Shown here piece by piece: positions 13,150 to 25,676 of a stretch of DNA of 64,000 bases. Positions within the stretch are counted from its first letter, which is position 1; each line of letters starts with the position of its first letter. The notes below the pieces were generated by a model. The model was not told where the DNA came from, searched no databases, and saw only the letters and a program-made list of their open reading frames with translations. The stretch comes from Raillietiella orientalis (lineage: Eukaryota): assembly GCA_036172245.1 (NCBI GenBank), contig JAYWIR010000006.1, positions 2,542,001 through 2,606,000 of the forward strand, given 5' to 3'. The translations under genes and the position numbers were made by a program.

Positions 13150-14373
13150 TTATGTCCTCCAGGTGACTTCCACCTCATCTGTGCGATACCTGACCACAAT
13201 ACACAAGCCTGATTTGCCTCTCTCACCTCTGTGTGCATCCTGTCCTGTCCCAGGGTGTTGGTCCAGCTGTGCTGTACTGTAAAATACCAGTCCATGCTAT
13301 CATGGCACCATTGTCGATGCAGAATCTTTCATCTGTAGCAAATGCGGTAGCATTGCGCTCAGCACACATTGCTGTGAGCATAGCTTGCAGACGTTCATTG
13401 CAGCCCACACCCCCACAGACTAGTGCTTCATTACTTCCACAATGCGCCATAGCTCTCTCTACAAACTTGCCATGCCAGCATCTTGATTTATGCACAATGT
13501 ATACCTGTGGTCTCAATTAGCATAGCAAATACTGTTTCCTGTACTGAGTAGCAGATATCAGGTATTGTATATCCTTGGGCCAAGAGGTTAGACAACCGTT
13601 CTTCTAAGTAGCTAAGCAATCCAGAGAAACTTACATCCATGCCCTTCACAACATAAGGCAATGACAAAAACTTTCTGCCTCTAGGATTGATGCATTGTAC
13701 TTTTCCGATTCAACTTCAAATACATTACCGTTTGGCCAGCTGTTCTACATTGTATCCAGGGCTCGGGTCATTTGACAGATTGAGCAGGCGAGCAACTCTA
13801 TCCAAACAATTACCTACAGCAATGTCAATGGTTTCTCCAAAGATACGATAGCGCTGCTGGTGGTAGGCAATGACTTGAGTGTTGCCACCACTGACATAAA
13901 GTACAGTAGGATTGTCAGCACCTGTTACCAGCCGTGCCATCTCCACATCTGACTGTTAAGGTACCATAGCATTCAAATAATTACATCAAGGATACGGGCT
14001 ATGCAATGATTAACTGCTACAATTGGCTTATTCCATAGTTGGGCCAGTGTGCGAGCCACTGCTGCCACTGTCACTAGTGGAGGCCCCATGCCTGGCCCTT
14101 TAGTGTAACAAACAATGTCCACATCTTGAGGCTCAACACATGCTTCTTCCAAGGCAGCCTTAGTTATAGAAATTATGTGTGCCTGATGATGGGCAGCAGT
14201 TTCCTTAGGTAAAAAGCCTGCAAGCCAACATTAATTGACAGCTAATCTGAAAGCTCACCATGACCAGGGGGAGGTACAAATGTATGTCTAGGATTAGAGA
14301 GCACCTGACCATCCCTAACAATGCCCACTCCTAGTTTATTGGCACTTCCTTCAAATCCTATAGCTGTAACCAT
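13150..14373 (-). CDS. OSGEP: tRNA N6-adenosine threonylcarbamoyltransferase (Kae1/OSGEP, KEOPS complex); exons 14373-14259, 14217-13996, 13948-13729, 13680-13505, 13458-13227, 13189-13150; 334 aa
   Basis: The spliced translation is [17 protein letters not shown]...GPGMG...VNHCIAHVEM...[13 protein letters not shown]...[14 protein letters not shown]...[10 protein letters not shown]...[10 protein letters not shown]...CIDNGAMIA...[14 protein letters not shown]. All five introns are GT-AG and phase-consistent, total 1005 nt. Confidence 0.98.
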
Positions 14374-17300
14374 GATTCTTATGGGAAAGGAATTGAAAAA
14401 GATTAAAAGACAGACAGGTTGATGACTTTACGGTACCACTTTACTGATAGTAGATTTACATACTGGGAACATTTTATACAATAAAATCTAACTGAGGACT
14501 CAAAAGATTGAGCACTTGAAAGATTAAGTGCTACACAAGTTTTCAAGAAACAACTAAACCACTTTCTGTGAAGACAAGCAACATTTAATCTGATTTCTTT
14601 GAACTTATCTGAATTCTGAGCTTATACGATTTTCAAGATTTTTTTTTTTTCAGTGCAAAACATGACTTTTTAGAATGTGATTTAAAAATTCGATCTGTTG
14701 GGTATATCGCAAATAAATCATTTAAAACTGCAAACTCTGATTATTGAAACCATTACTAAAGCAAATTGAAGCCATTGGAATAGTATTAACAATGGAAATC
14801 AGCATTGTAATTGCAATATCTGGGAACCATAGATCTACATATAATGGTTCAATTCTAAGACGCAATTAACACTAATTTAAAAACTAGACAATTGCAACTA
14901 AACCAACAGTAAGTCTGATTAAAATTTCTCAATGGTTTCTGGATACGGAATGCAAGGTTTTTTTTTATATTTACTTATCCTCATGTGTTTCGTATAGCTA
15001 CTCCACTGTTGATAAATCTGGGCTCAAATCACATTTACAATCACTTCACACCTTACAACAAACTTACAAGATAAGCAGTTACAGATCCATGTGTAAATGA
15101 AACACACATATATTTATTGGTCAGGGCAGGAGAAAATGACTCACAATGCATATAAGCAAAATTTTTAATTTAACTTTCAATTGAACCCAACGCGTAACAA
15201 ATCACGAATTAAAAATTCGTGACTCACATGGTATGTTACCGAACACACTTCATCAAACGGTTCCTTAGTTGCGTGTAGCACACTGAATCACCAGGAATTG
15301 GTGGTGAACATTGAAACATCACCTCATTTTTCGTTGCCCAATTATTCCGTACTTACGGTGGTCTTGAATGCTTTCTTGGGGTAAAATTTCAGACGGCGAT
15401 AGCTGGGAAAGCAACGCACTTTCCTAGGGCTTTGGGATTGCAGAACTGGCGCCATGGGACAGTATAACCAACCGCAAAATCCGCCAAACTGCCTCTATTT
15501 CTTTGCTATATAAAGCAGGTTGCAAAAATTCCTTCTCAATCTTCCAACAGCAGGAGGCCAACTCCGTGTGGCTGCGAGACAGCTTCCTGATTTCTTTTGA
15601 CATCACCAAAGATGAATTTCGAGAGAGCCACGACCCCGCCGACGATGCCGCGGAGAGAGGACAACCATCGGATGCAGGGGATCAGAAGGCGCGGACGAAA
15701 CATCCCCCCGGAAATCGTCCAGTTCTCGAATTTCAGTCGTTGTTTTTTTCTAAATTCTGGAATGTTCCATAAACTATGCAAATCTCGACAAGATAACTCG
15801 AAACAATGAAGTTGCAATTGCAAATGCCAATTTACCGTTTCAAAGTGAATGCCTGCATGGTCCACAATTCCAAATGGGGCCAGTTAGCGCCTAATGTTAA
15901 CACTGAGTTTAAAGAGTTTTTGATTCAGTTGTGATCATTTACTTGCAACAGCATACACAAATGCAAGGTTTTCTCGATTTCTGGATCATATCTGCAGTAG
16001 TAATTTTTCTTTTTTCCCGTTATCTACGACTCTTATACAGACTTTTGCTAGGTTCTTATTTTTCCATTAATGACTTGATCGGCTTCTACTTTTCGAGTCT
16101 AAAGCGTCAAATAAGACATGGTATTCCACCTCGATTCACCCAATGCTTTGCTGCTTGCCGTCAATAGACCTCGTTAGACAAAACAAACCAAGGATTGAAA
16201 CAATTTTAAAAACTCTTCGACTCTACTCTAGTTGAGTTACCTGTCTCCAATACTCAGCATTTTAAAGATTGAAAAGTTGTGTAAGTTTGATAACCCACAC
16301 AGCTGCTATTTCTTGTGAATATCACTGCGATTATCGCTCGCATTACCCCTGTTTTTTTTTTTTTTTAGTCGAGCTCTATCAAAATCAGCAAAATCTGATG
16401 CCTGGAGACTGCGAATTGATTGATTTTGTATCAGAGAGAAACTTCAGTGATAATTTCCTTATTAGCTGAAAATCTCAACATAAAATCTACGCAACCTTAA
16501 GAACATCTAATGTTCTCACCGCGAAGGAATATCATAACTAATTTGTGTTAATATGACGGTCTCACGACACTGCTGAGAATTTTATCAAAAAGGAAATGCT
16601 GCCAACTGTCCATACGTAAACTGTTGGCAAACTCCAAAGATTTGTCATCACTTTAGAAATGCTTAGTATCGAAGACTAATTATATCCAAGAGGGGTTCAA
16701 TTGTTCCGATGAAAAACTGCAGAGAATTGATTTTATTCATAAGTGCGCAGTATTTGATTTCTTTCCTTCCAGTAAATGTAGAGTTTCTGAAGTTTTCTCA
16801 AAACTTTTGTGTTGCATAACTGACGCTTAATATGTCACAGGATTTCTAATTGCATACGTGACAAATATCAATCCCATGATCATCTGACAATGATGGAAAC
16901 CATCTAAACCTGGACGACCTCGGGATGATAGTTTGGAAAGATATTCATATACCTTGAAATATTTTGAGAATCACTGAAATAAATAAATTGAAAATCTTTC
17001 AAAGGGATCTCATTTACAAATTAGCTTACGAACATTTCTTTCAGATTAATAAAAGTTTTGTAATGGATTGTTTTTTTTTAAGGCGTAGAACATGATTTAA
17101 CTTGAATGCTGCTGTGAAGGATTTGGAAAAGAAATTTAACGGAGAACTGAAAATTGGAGGAGTTACATAGGTAGCAATTTACAAATGAGCACTTCGTTCA
17201 TGACTGAACACTGAAGCACTGAACAAATACTTCGAAACGTTTCTGTGCAATGAAGAGACAGTAAGAAAAAAATGTATAAATAATCATGGAGATACAGACT

Positions 17301-18889
17301 GTCTGTCTTTAGAAAAAGAGCAGCTCAATTCCGTCATTGAGTATTTTGCTCTTGATTCGTAGGTCGATAGTCATTCTGCTGCTGCAGAATTCGCTTCTAT
17401 GTGCTAAAAGAAACGACACGTGTGAATCCTCTAACGAGCTGCTTTGCAACGAGCGTTTCTTTTTCGGACTTCTTTTTGGTCTCCACCCGAGCCGAACTCT
17501 GAATCGCGCTCGTCCAAAGAAACCGATATGGGAGCGAAACAGAATCCGATGATGCTGTCATTCCCTTCGGAGAAGACAGGATGGAACAAGCTAGGCGATC
17601 GGCCTCTTTATTCTTTTTTTTTTGGAAAATAATCCACTAGCAGATGATTCTTTCTCTGACTGACGAACGAGCTGTGTCGAACCACAGTTCTCAGGCCATT
17701 TTTCATTCATCTTTCACCTGATCTATTGGAATCAATTTTCCTGCTGTTTGCCTTTCTATTTCCATGCGCTTTGTTTCCCATCTATAAATTGTTTGCTTTT
17801 TTTTTTCTTCCCACAACAACATATGCTGACATGTACATGTTACGCTGCATATTTCTCATAGGCGTGTCCAACAGGATGTACCATAATTCTATAGTGAGAA
17901 TAAATCCCTTCGACAACAGTGAGTCCCACCGTGTTTTAGCATCATTTGTGATGCACGGGCACGGGAAGCAATCTGCATGCATTGACGTGAATCTGTACAG
18001 AATCCAAAAGTATGATCGTCGAGGAACGTCTACGCACTTCAAAAGGACGCCGTTGAATGTATCGGATAGTTGATAACATGCAACCCAATAAGCCTGATGA
18101 AAATTTTTTACTCCCCGGTGGGAAGAAGTTTATTTGGTGTTGGTGGCTGTTTGGCGAGATTTTCTGATTTCTAAGAGATGAGGTGAAAAATCTCTTTGGA
18201 TTTTTTTCTGTACCTATTTCAGGAGATTCGCACAGGATAGTTCCATGCCAGATACCGTGACCATCGGCCCTTTAATTATCAAAACAAGGAGACAGGAAGA
18301 ACAAGACTATTGAGGACACGAATACCATAGAGAACCCAGAAGTCGCAGCACAGTCACTGGCTGTACATTGTCTGTACAGCTCTCTTTCTTTCAATCCCAA
18401 TAATTCTTGCTTGAGTCTTTCTTTTTTGACATCTGGAACAACTGTTGACTAAAAGTTCCGAAAAAAATCTTCCATTTCAGAATCTTTTTTACCTTTTCGT
18501 CTTTTAGAAGACTTGGCACCAAGGTCACTTATAATACAAGTTATATAAACCCAACTAATTTATGGACTCGTTTATTATATAGGATTTCAATTACTTAGTC
18601 AATTTTATTGAAATCTTACAGAATAGTTGATCTTAATCAGCCAATTTAAAGCAATCCAATATATTAGAATGAGGTTATAAAGATCAAACAACGTGTTGGA
18701 CCATGGAATAGGGTAGAAGCACCTTCCCTTGGCCCCACAACGCTAATCTTTTAGCTTTCTCCAACGGATCTGGCACTATTTTTTCAATTTGGACATTGGA
18801 ATCATTTATTTGATTGACAGACGAGCCATTAGCTTCCATTGGCTTGTTTTTTTTCACTTTATGCGGCTCTGTTTTCCGCATAATAGAAT

Positions 18890-19375
18890 AACTACAATCA
18901 TTCGAACTGACGAAAGGTAAAGTTCCCAAAGATGTCAATGCAACACAAATCAGCGCAACAACTTTGGAACCAAATCTATCTAAGAGAATACCTGTAGAGG
19001 TTGAAATCTTGAGTCATATCTTCAACCTTAAAAAAAAGTAGTCTTATTCAATTTTCGCTAAGGAACTATATTAAATTTATTGCAAAAAAGCTTTTTCTTG
19101 CTCTTCACACGGGCTAAGGTCGTGTTCAATTTCTTCTGTATCATTAACTTGAAGCGCAGGCAGACGCTGCAGTAAATCTAAGGCAATTTTTTACTTGTAT
19201 CCTCTAAACGGAGTAGCATTACTGAGCCCAAGTTCATTCCTAATTCTACTGTTGCATTTCTAAGTAGCCGTGAATTATTTGCTGTAGTTGCTGCACAATT
19301 GCTAAGTTCTTGCATAGATTTTTCAAACACTTTTTCTCAAACACTCAAATGGAGAAATCCACCGGAGGCAACCCT
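18890..19375 (-). pseudogene. Degenerate MFS transporter (SLC43-like) fragment
   Basis: After a CAG acceptor (exon starts 18991) the frame reads GILLDRFGSKVVALICVALTSLGTLPF, i.e. MFS motif A plus a TM helix. The upstream piece SPCEEQEKAF (about 19085-19115) resembles the SLC43 C-x-x-Q-D/E loop motif but is surrounded by in-frame stops. Confidence 0.4.
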
Positions 19376-20099
19376 GCATCGAGATACAGGGCTAACATGC
19401 TTGGTATGACCTCTGCTTTGGCCCCAGTATAAAACGGCATTCCCCGTTCTTCTAGACCCCTTTTTAGCAAACTGTCGTTCTCAGTTATGCCACTGTGAGC
19501 AGCAACAACAGCATTTGTAGGAATAGGGTGAACCTCTTTGAGATGTGGGCCCCAGTCCGAGCGTTTAGACAATAAAGGCAGTCCAACTTTAGCAAATGGG
19601 AATGGTATTAGAAACGGCATTCCATAAAAGACGATATAACGGTCGATCAACGGTAGCAAAGTCAAGTACACATCTATAGTGTTTGCATCCAAGAACAAGA
19701 GTCGGTATGCATGTCCTCTTCGACTTGCGTTCCTAGGATCCACCGCTGCATCCCAAGGGTGACCAGCGACAGTAGCCCGTCGCTGGGGTGGAAGCTCTCC
19801 CGTGCCATTGCGGGAGTTGCGAAACTCCTGGGCAGCTGGACGACGAGCACGCTGGTGGATGTCGCCACTCTTCGTTGCCGGGCAGAGGGGGCCGCTCCGG
19901 TGGAGCGAGCTCCGGGGAGTGCCTCCCGAGGAACTTCCGGTCCCTCCTTCGTGTGTGGACACTTCGGTGCTCCCCTTCTTGCACTGGGGGTTCCCCAGTG
20001 CGAGAAGCGCCGGCGCCTAGTTCCAGACGTAGCCGCGTCCGACCCAGAAGAAAGAATGGGGAAGAATGCGAATCGCAAAACAATCAACAGGAGAATTGT

Positions 20100-21300
20100 G
20101 GGGTCGAGGGAAGATGCTCCTGTCCTATTCCGTGGCCGATCATGGGCAGACTTCAGCGGGAATAAATTCGAATGACTTCCCCCTCCAATTCATTCTCATG
20201 AGTTTCGATGTTTTTTTTTTTTCTTCTCCTTTCGAGTGCTCGCGATACTTCCAGGATCTCCGAAAGATCCGTTGCGGTTCCCATGGAAACCAGGATCCGA
20301 TACGATGGCAGATGGTCACGAAAATCATCCAAACATGCCAATGATGAGAAAAAAAGGAAAAACAAAGAGCTGATCTGATGAAGATCTTCATATTGCAGGA
20401 GCCTTCCTTTCATTTGTCGCAGCTAATCCGCAGCCTCCAACATCATCCATCTCATTCCATCCATCACCAAAGACTGAGTTTCGCGAGGAGGGAGACCTCT
20501 GCTGCAAAGGAGGACCAGCTGTCGCTCTGTCATATTGATGGAGCTGAAGTTCTGGATGAGTGCAACTTCCAGATTCGAGCGTATTTCTTTTCTCAGGGTG
20601 CTGGACGCGAGTCCTTTTGCATCGGGCCCGGTCTCTTAGGAACGCAAGGCGACGCAGAGCAGTAAAAGCGAAGGGCAGAGTGTTTGATCTTCCCGTTCCG
20701 TAGAGAAATGACGACAAAGGAGGACAGAAAATCCCATGCATGAGGGGTGCATCATTTCCGTTCCGCGTTCCCATGGAATGCAAGCAAGACTCCTTAGGGA
20801 TAGGGGTCAAGTTCTCTCCCCAACAAATAACCAGTTTCATGGGGGTCATTTCCGCCTATCGTCCATACTTGTGATTGCGGTTGCCTCGAGAAGAGCGCTG
20901 GCGGAAGCATGGGCTGGTGTGGCTCCATTTTAGTCGTCAGCAAGTCTACGGTCCACCAGACCAGGAGCGTCATTTCGCTACTCGCCTGGAGTGAGGGGGC
21001 GCCGAATGCTTTTTCGGTTGCTGGCAGACCATCTCGTTCGGGGATCACGTGGAAATCATTCTGTGGGAATTTCTAGTGTGCAAACTCCATCTCCAGCTTT
21101 CTCAAAACACCGGCTCAGAGCGCCGCTTGCAGCGCTCCCCGCTTACTTTGCTTCCTACTTGAAGGATTGCATACGTGGTGAACCGACCGCCCTACGAAGA
21201 ATAAATGCTCGGGTTGCCTTCTCTCTCTGTTCGTTTTTTTTCCCTAGAAATTCCATGGAATTCCACTGTTATGAATCGTATCATCAACATTGAGGCGGCC
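20100..21300 (+). mobile_element. Penelope-like element relic (RT thumb to GIY-YIG)
   Basis: LIRSLQHHPSHSIHHQRLSFARR (about YL..xSxHP..K...RA) in ORF 20378, and PIVHTCDCGC (about VYxxxCxCG) near 20855-20890. Heavily frameshifted. Confidence 0.4.
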
Positions 21301-24300
21301 AAGAACTCCGGCATTCTGGTCATTCGTTTTCGTTTCCGGCTTCACTGTTATGTACAAGGTTGTGCTCGAGGATGTACTGGGTCAGCTTGAAGGCAAGTTC
21401 AAATTTCTGGCAATCGAAAGACCTCGGAGCCAGATCCGCCTGACCACATATTCTGAAGAGTTCGGTGAGGAGATGGGGAAAATAAGAACAAAGTGCTAAC
21501 ACAAATTGCTTGCGGAAGAAAAGGAAACGCAGTTCCTTCTGTACTAGCATTTTGTATTGTCATTTTCCGCATCTGTGTAAGGGGGAGTTCATGCACGTAC
21601 ACACAAAACAAACTGATTTTTGCCAACCAAAACTTTTATCGCTTCGAAAGCCAAAGAGGAATACATAAATGAATGCAAAAAATGTCAGAGGGCAATACTG
21701 ATCGCTCAAGAAGGTAAGCAAGCTCGGTACATTGGTCATCACGGAACGCAAAATTGAGCAACGACTCTCTAGTGCCATTTATTGCAAATTTGGTATCAAA
21801 TTCACCGCACACCTCCTACTGAGATGAATTGCTGCGCAGAGTATACAATCTTCCAGATTTTTGCTAACTCAGCTTGAATGGCAAATTTTTCTTATCCTGC
21901 GAACAAGCGGTTTAGAAATCGGGAAGCGTCCACATGACGGGAAAATTCCCAGAGTTGAACGGTGGGAAAGAAGGAAAGGGTTCACAAGTTGACTGGATGG
22001 TCAAAAGCGAAACCGTAGCTACGCAACGGGTTTCCTGAGACAGACATGCTAAGCAGCAGTTGCTTCGAAACGGTTCCATTACAAGACCAAAGCAGCAATC
22101 GCTTTCAGATTCAGATGATTGGACTTGTCTTCGAGAAACGGACGAAGAAAGGGAGGAAGGTTTTAGAACGTCCCCGTAGATTATGTTGAGTTCGAAGTGC
22201 CCCATCCCATTCCTATCCACGCTGAAACACCAAAGTTCGTGTATGCACAAAGTGAAGAAGAGTGAAAAATCGAGGGTGGCATTCAGCAAGCCACGTCTCC
22301 ACGCCCGGATTTTCCTTTCTAATATAAAGTGGACTTTGGAGTCGTTGCGCAATCCGAATCCTTTAATCATAGGAATCAGTATGAAGATCCAGGAGAAGCA
22401 GAATGCGTTCCTGAATGCTGGGATAAGAGATTGAAGAAGAAGGCTGCTTGTGTCTTCACTTGTCTGTAAAATGTTTCTTAAAAAATACAAAAAAGCATAA
22501 ACCATAAGGTGTCCACACGTTGTGTGGCACGATGACAGAATCACAAAACTTTTTTCGGTTTAGCGAATTAATCGAAACAAAAAAAAACCATTGGGAGGAT
22601 TACAAAAGAAAGGAAGTTATTAGTTTAGATGCTGGATTGAAGTGATTGTGATTTTCCAAGCATATGAAGAGTAAACAAATACTTTTTCGCTTGCACATGT
22701 GCGCTCCCACATTATTTTTGAAGAACGAAAGTTTAAAGGGTCTAAAGCATAAAGGAAAAGTCATCTCGATCAATGATCACAGGATCAGTAACCACGAGTA
22801 CACAGATCAAACTGGGGAAACAGAACAAAAATTTCCCCACCGTAATTTAACAGAGCTCCAATAATTCTTAGAATCACCTTGAAGACTCTTTCTCTTTCCT
22901 TATTGGAACTAAGAAGTAAGCTTAAGCTCCTACCTTTGGACCCAATTCGAAAATCCACCACTAATTGGCTTGAAAGAAGATTTCATATAGTAAATAAACA
23001 CCAACGCTGTTTTTAAACGATGCTGCGAAACACCAAAGATAGTGGAGAGTGTAAGGCATGAAGCGTATGGAGAACAGGAAGCAGAAAACGGACGTACCAA
23101 CACATTCATGGAAATATAAATAATGAAAAGTGCATTCCAAGAGTAGTTCCATCATTCCAAAGCATCAAAAGCATTAAAAAACCAGAAGATTATTTAATGC
23201 AATGACGCTGGAAATAAATAGAATAGAACGTGTTCCCACATTCGAGTTTGATCTCTTTGATTTCCTATTTGCTTTTGGCACACTTCCCTGAACACGCTAC
23301 GTGTTTCTGCTTGGATCACTAAGGTTCGAAATTGGTATTGCAAACACTAATTTTGAGTGTCAGAATCAGTGATAGGCCCGAGTGGCTGAAATGCCGATTC
23401 TCGGCGTCGGACTCGCTATGCAAATATCCGTAGGGATGGAGAACCTGCCCGGTCCAGATCGTCATACTTTCAGCTGCTGATGTGGGAGATGCCTTTTTTG
23501 TTTTTCTTCTCAGTTCAGACTCCGATTCATCCAAGTGGCTGAGGGATTGCGATTGCCGCTGCTCGGTTATTCATTCAGGCATCGGCAAATATCACAGCCA
23601 CGCAGCTGTGTCACCGGTATTGATTAACCTGAATCAAAATGAGGCTGGATGAATCATGAATCGATTCATCTTCTGTCTAGCACAAATCGACAGTGCTGTT
23701 CTACAGTGCTACGCACATCTGAATCCCAGTGGGTCAAAAAACTGTGGGGGTGTCACCCCACTAGAACTAGTCAAGGGGCCCGACGTGAGCAATATTGGAA
23801 GAATCTTTTCAAACAGGCCATTCGAATCGTGTGGCTTAGGGGATATTCCCTTTCCCCTCCTGCCACGAAGAGATCCGTCTGTCGGCATGCCACTCGTGTA
23901 GGTGACGTTGGTCTGCAACATGTGAAGTGGGGAAAATGAAACTGCAGGTCGCTGGGATGGGAAAAAATAAAATTCCACTGCAAACGGGAGTTCTTGCACA
24001 GTTTCGGCTCGCGGGGAAGGTGGAACTCCTTGCTCCCGGATCCGCATCTCGTGCTCGATTCATGGCAGCTAATTGGATGCGAAAATTAACCATGACGTCC
24101 TACTTGTCTACTTGGATCGTTTTGCCACCCCCTTATGTACAGTACAATACGTATGCCTTCCCCTTCATCTGTGAAGTATAGATCGCTAGTGCTTTGGTGA
24201 CCATTGGTAAACCGTTTCGTACAATGGAAGTAAACAAATGTACCATACAAAACACCCCACGTATGTTACTTGTTTTGTAATGCTCGATTTTATTTTGCCT

Positions 24301-24352
24301 TCCCACGGTTAATTATCGAACTAAATTATTTTATTTTGTTTCAACTTTAGCT

Positions 24353-25676
24353 ATGCCCTGGCTAGGTGTAGATATAGGAGGAACCCTCGTAAAATTGGTT
24401 TACTTTGAGCCAACAGACAAAAAGGAAGATTGGGAGAGTAATCTGAATCATACTAGTGGTTACTTGAAGGATCACATAGCGTATGGGGCACGGGACTTGA
24501 ATTTGCAAGTAACTCTAAATTTTTTGACGAACACACAATTGGCAAGATCTTGCGTTTATGTTTAGATAGACCATGTTACAATCGGCAAACGGAAAGGAAC
24601 ATTGCACTTTGTTCGTTTTCCAACCTCTCAAATGCCTCACTTTTTCAATTTCTGTAAACAGCACTGCATTCCTCAATTTCCTACTACAGTTATTGCCACA
24701 GGTGGGGGTGCCTACAAGTATGAAAAGGATTTCCAGAATGTGAGCCTACTGAAACTTAATGCTTTATTTAACAAAACCTGTCCTAAAAGTTGGGAGTTTC
24801 CTTTTACAAGTCTGATGAATTTGAGTGCCTCGTGCAAGGCATTCAGAATATCCCTATGCTTTGCCCCAAAAACTGCTACTTTTGGAGTCATCCCAAAGAC
24901 CCCAACAAATGCAAAAAGATGCCTTTTGACTTTAGCAACCCCTATCCTTTTCTGGTTAGTTTTAGATGCTCTAGGTGGGGTACTGAAATGCCTTGCAGAT
25001 TGTGAACATTGGTTCAGGAGTCAGCATCCTTTCTGTAGAAGGTGCAAGTTCCTTCCGTCGAGTCACTGGAACGAGGTGGGGTATCTTTTGCACAGCATGA
25101 AATCATCCCACTGGCAGTTTGGGAGGGGGAACCTTCCTAGGGCTATGCTGCTTGCTTACTGGCTGCAACACGTATGAAGAAGCTATTGACTTGGCAGCTA
25201 GGGGTGATAGCACAAATGTAGACAAGCTGGTTCGAGACATCTATGGAGGTGATTTTGTACGCTTTGGCTTGGCAGGTGATTTGGTGGCTAGCAGGTCAGT
25301 AGGGAGTGTTTAGTCAGGTGAGACTTTGCTGCAGTTTTGGCCAGATGATGTGTGCCAACAAGCGAAACTCAGTATCCAAGGAAGACCTGGCCAGTGCAAC
25401 TCTAGTCACCATAACCAACAATATTGGTTCAATAGCCTATAGCTGTGCCAAAATGGAGAACATCACTCGGGTTATATTTGTGGGAAATTTTCTACGCATC
25501 AATCCCATTTCCATGCAATTGCTGGCGTATGCCATGGAATTCTGGTCAGATGGTAAACTACGAGCCTTGTTCTTGGAGCATGAGGTAATGATTATTGCCT
25601 GTTAGCGCAGTGTAAACATAATGGACTATAGGGCTACTTTGGTGCCATGGGTTGCTTGCTGAACCTTCCTCGGTAG
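24353..25676 (+). CDS. PANK: Type II pantothenate kinase (fumble/PANK1-3-like); exons 24351/24353-24508, 24566-24739, 24790-24954, 24999-25075, 25118-25294, 25335-25584, 25632-25676; 347 aa from ATG 24353 (an upstream coding exon is possible)
   Basis: Motifs include [115 protein letters not shown] and FLEHEGYFGAMG. Six phase-consistent GT-AG introns; a strong acceptor lies at 24350. Confidence 0.97.

Noticed and set aside
16400..17340. AT-rich stretch with KPGRPRDD...YFEN and LEKKFNGE, reminiscent of a DNA-transposon-derived protein
   Set aside because: There are many stops, no termini were found, and the similarity is too weak to name a family without a search.
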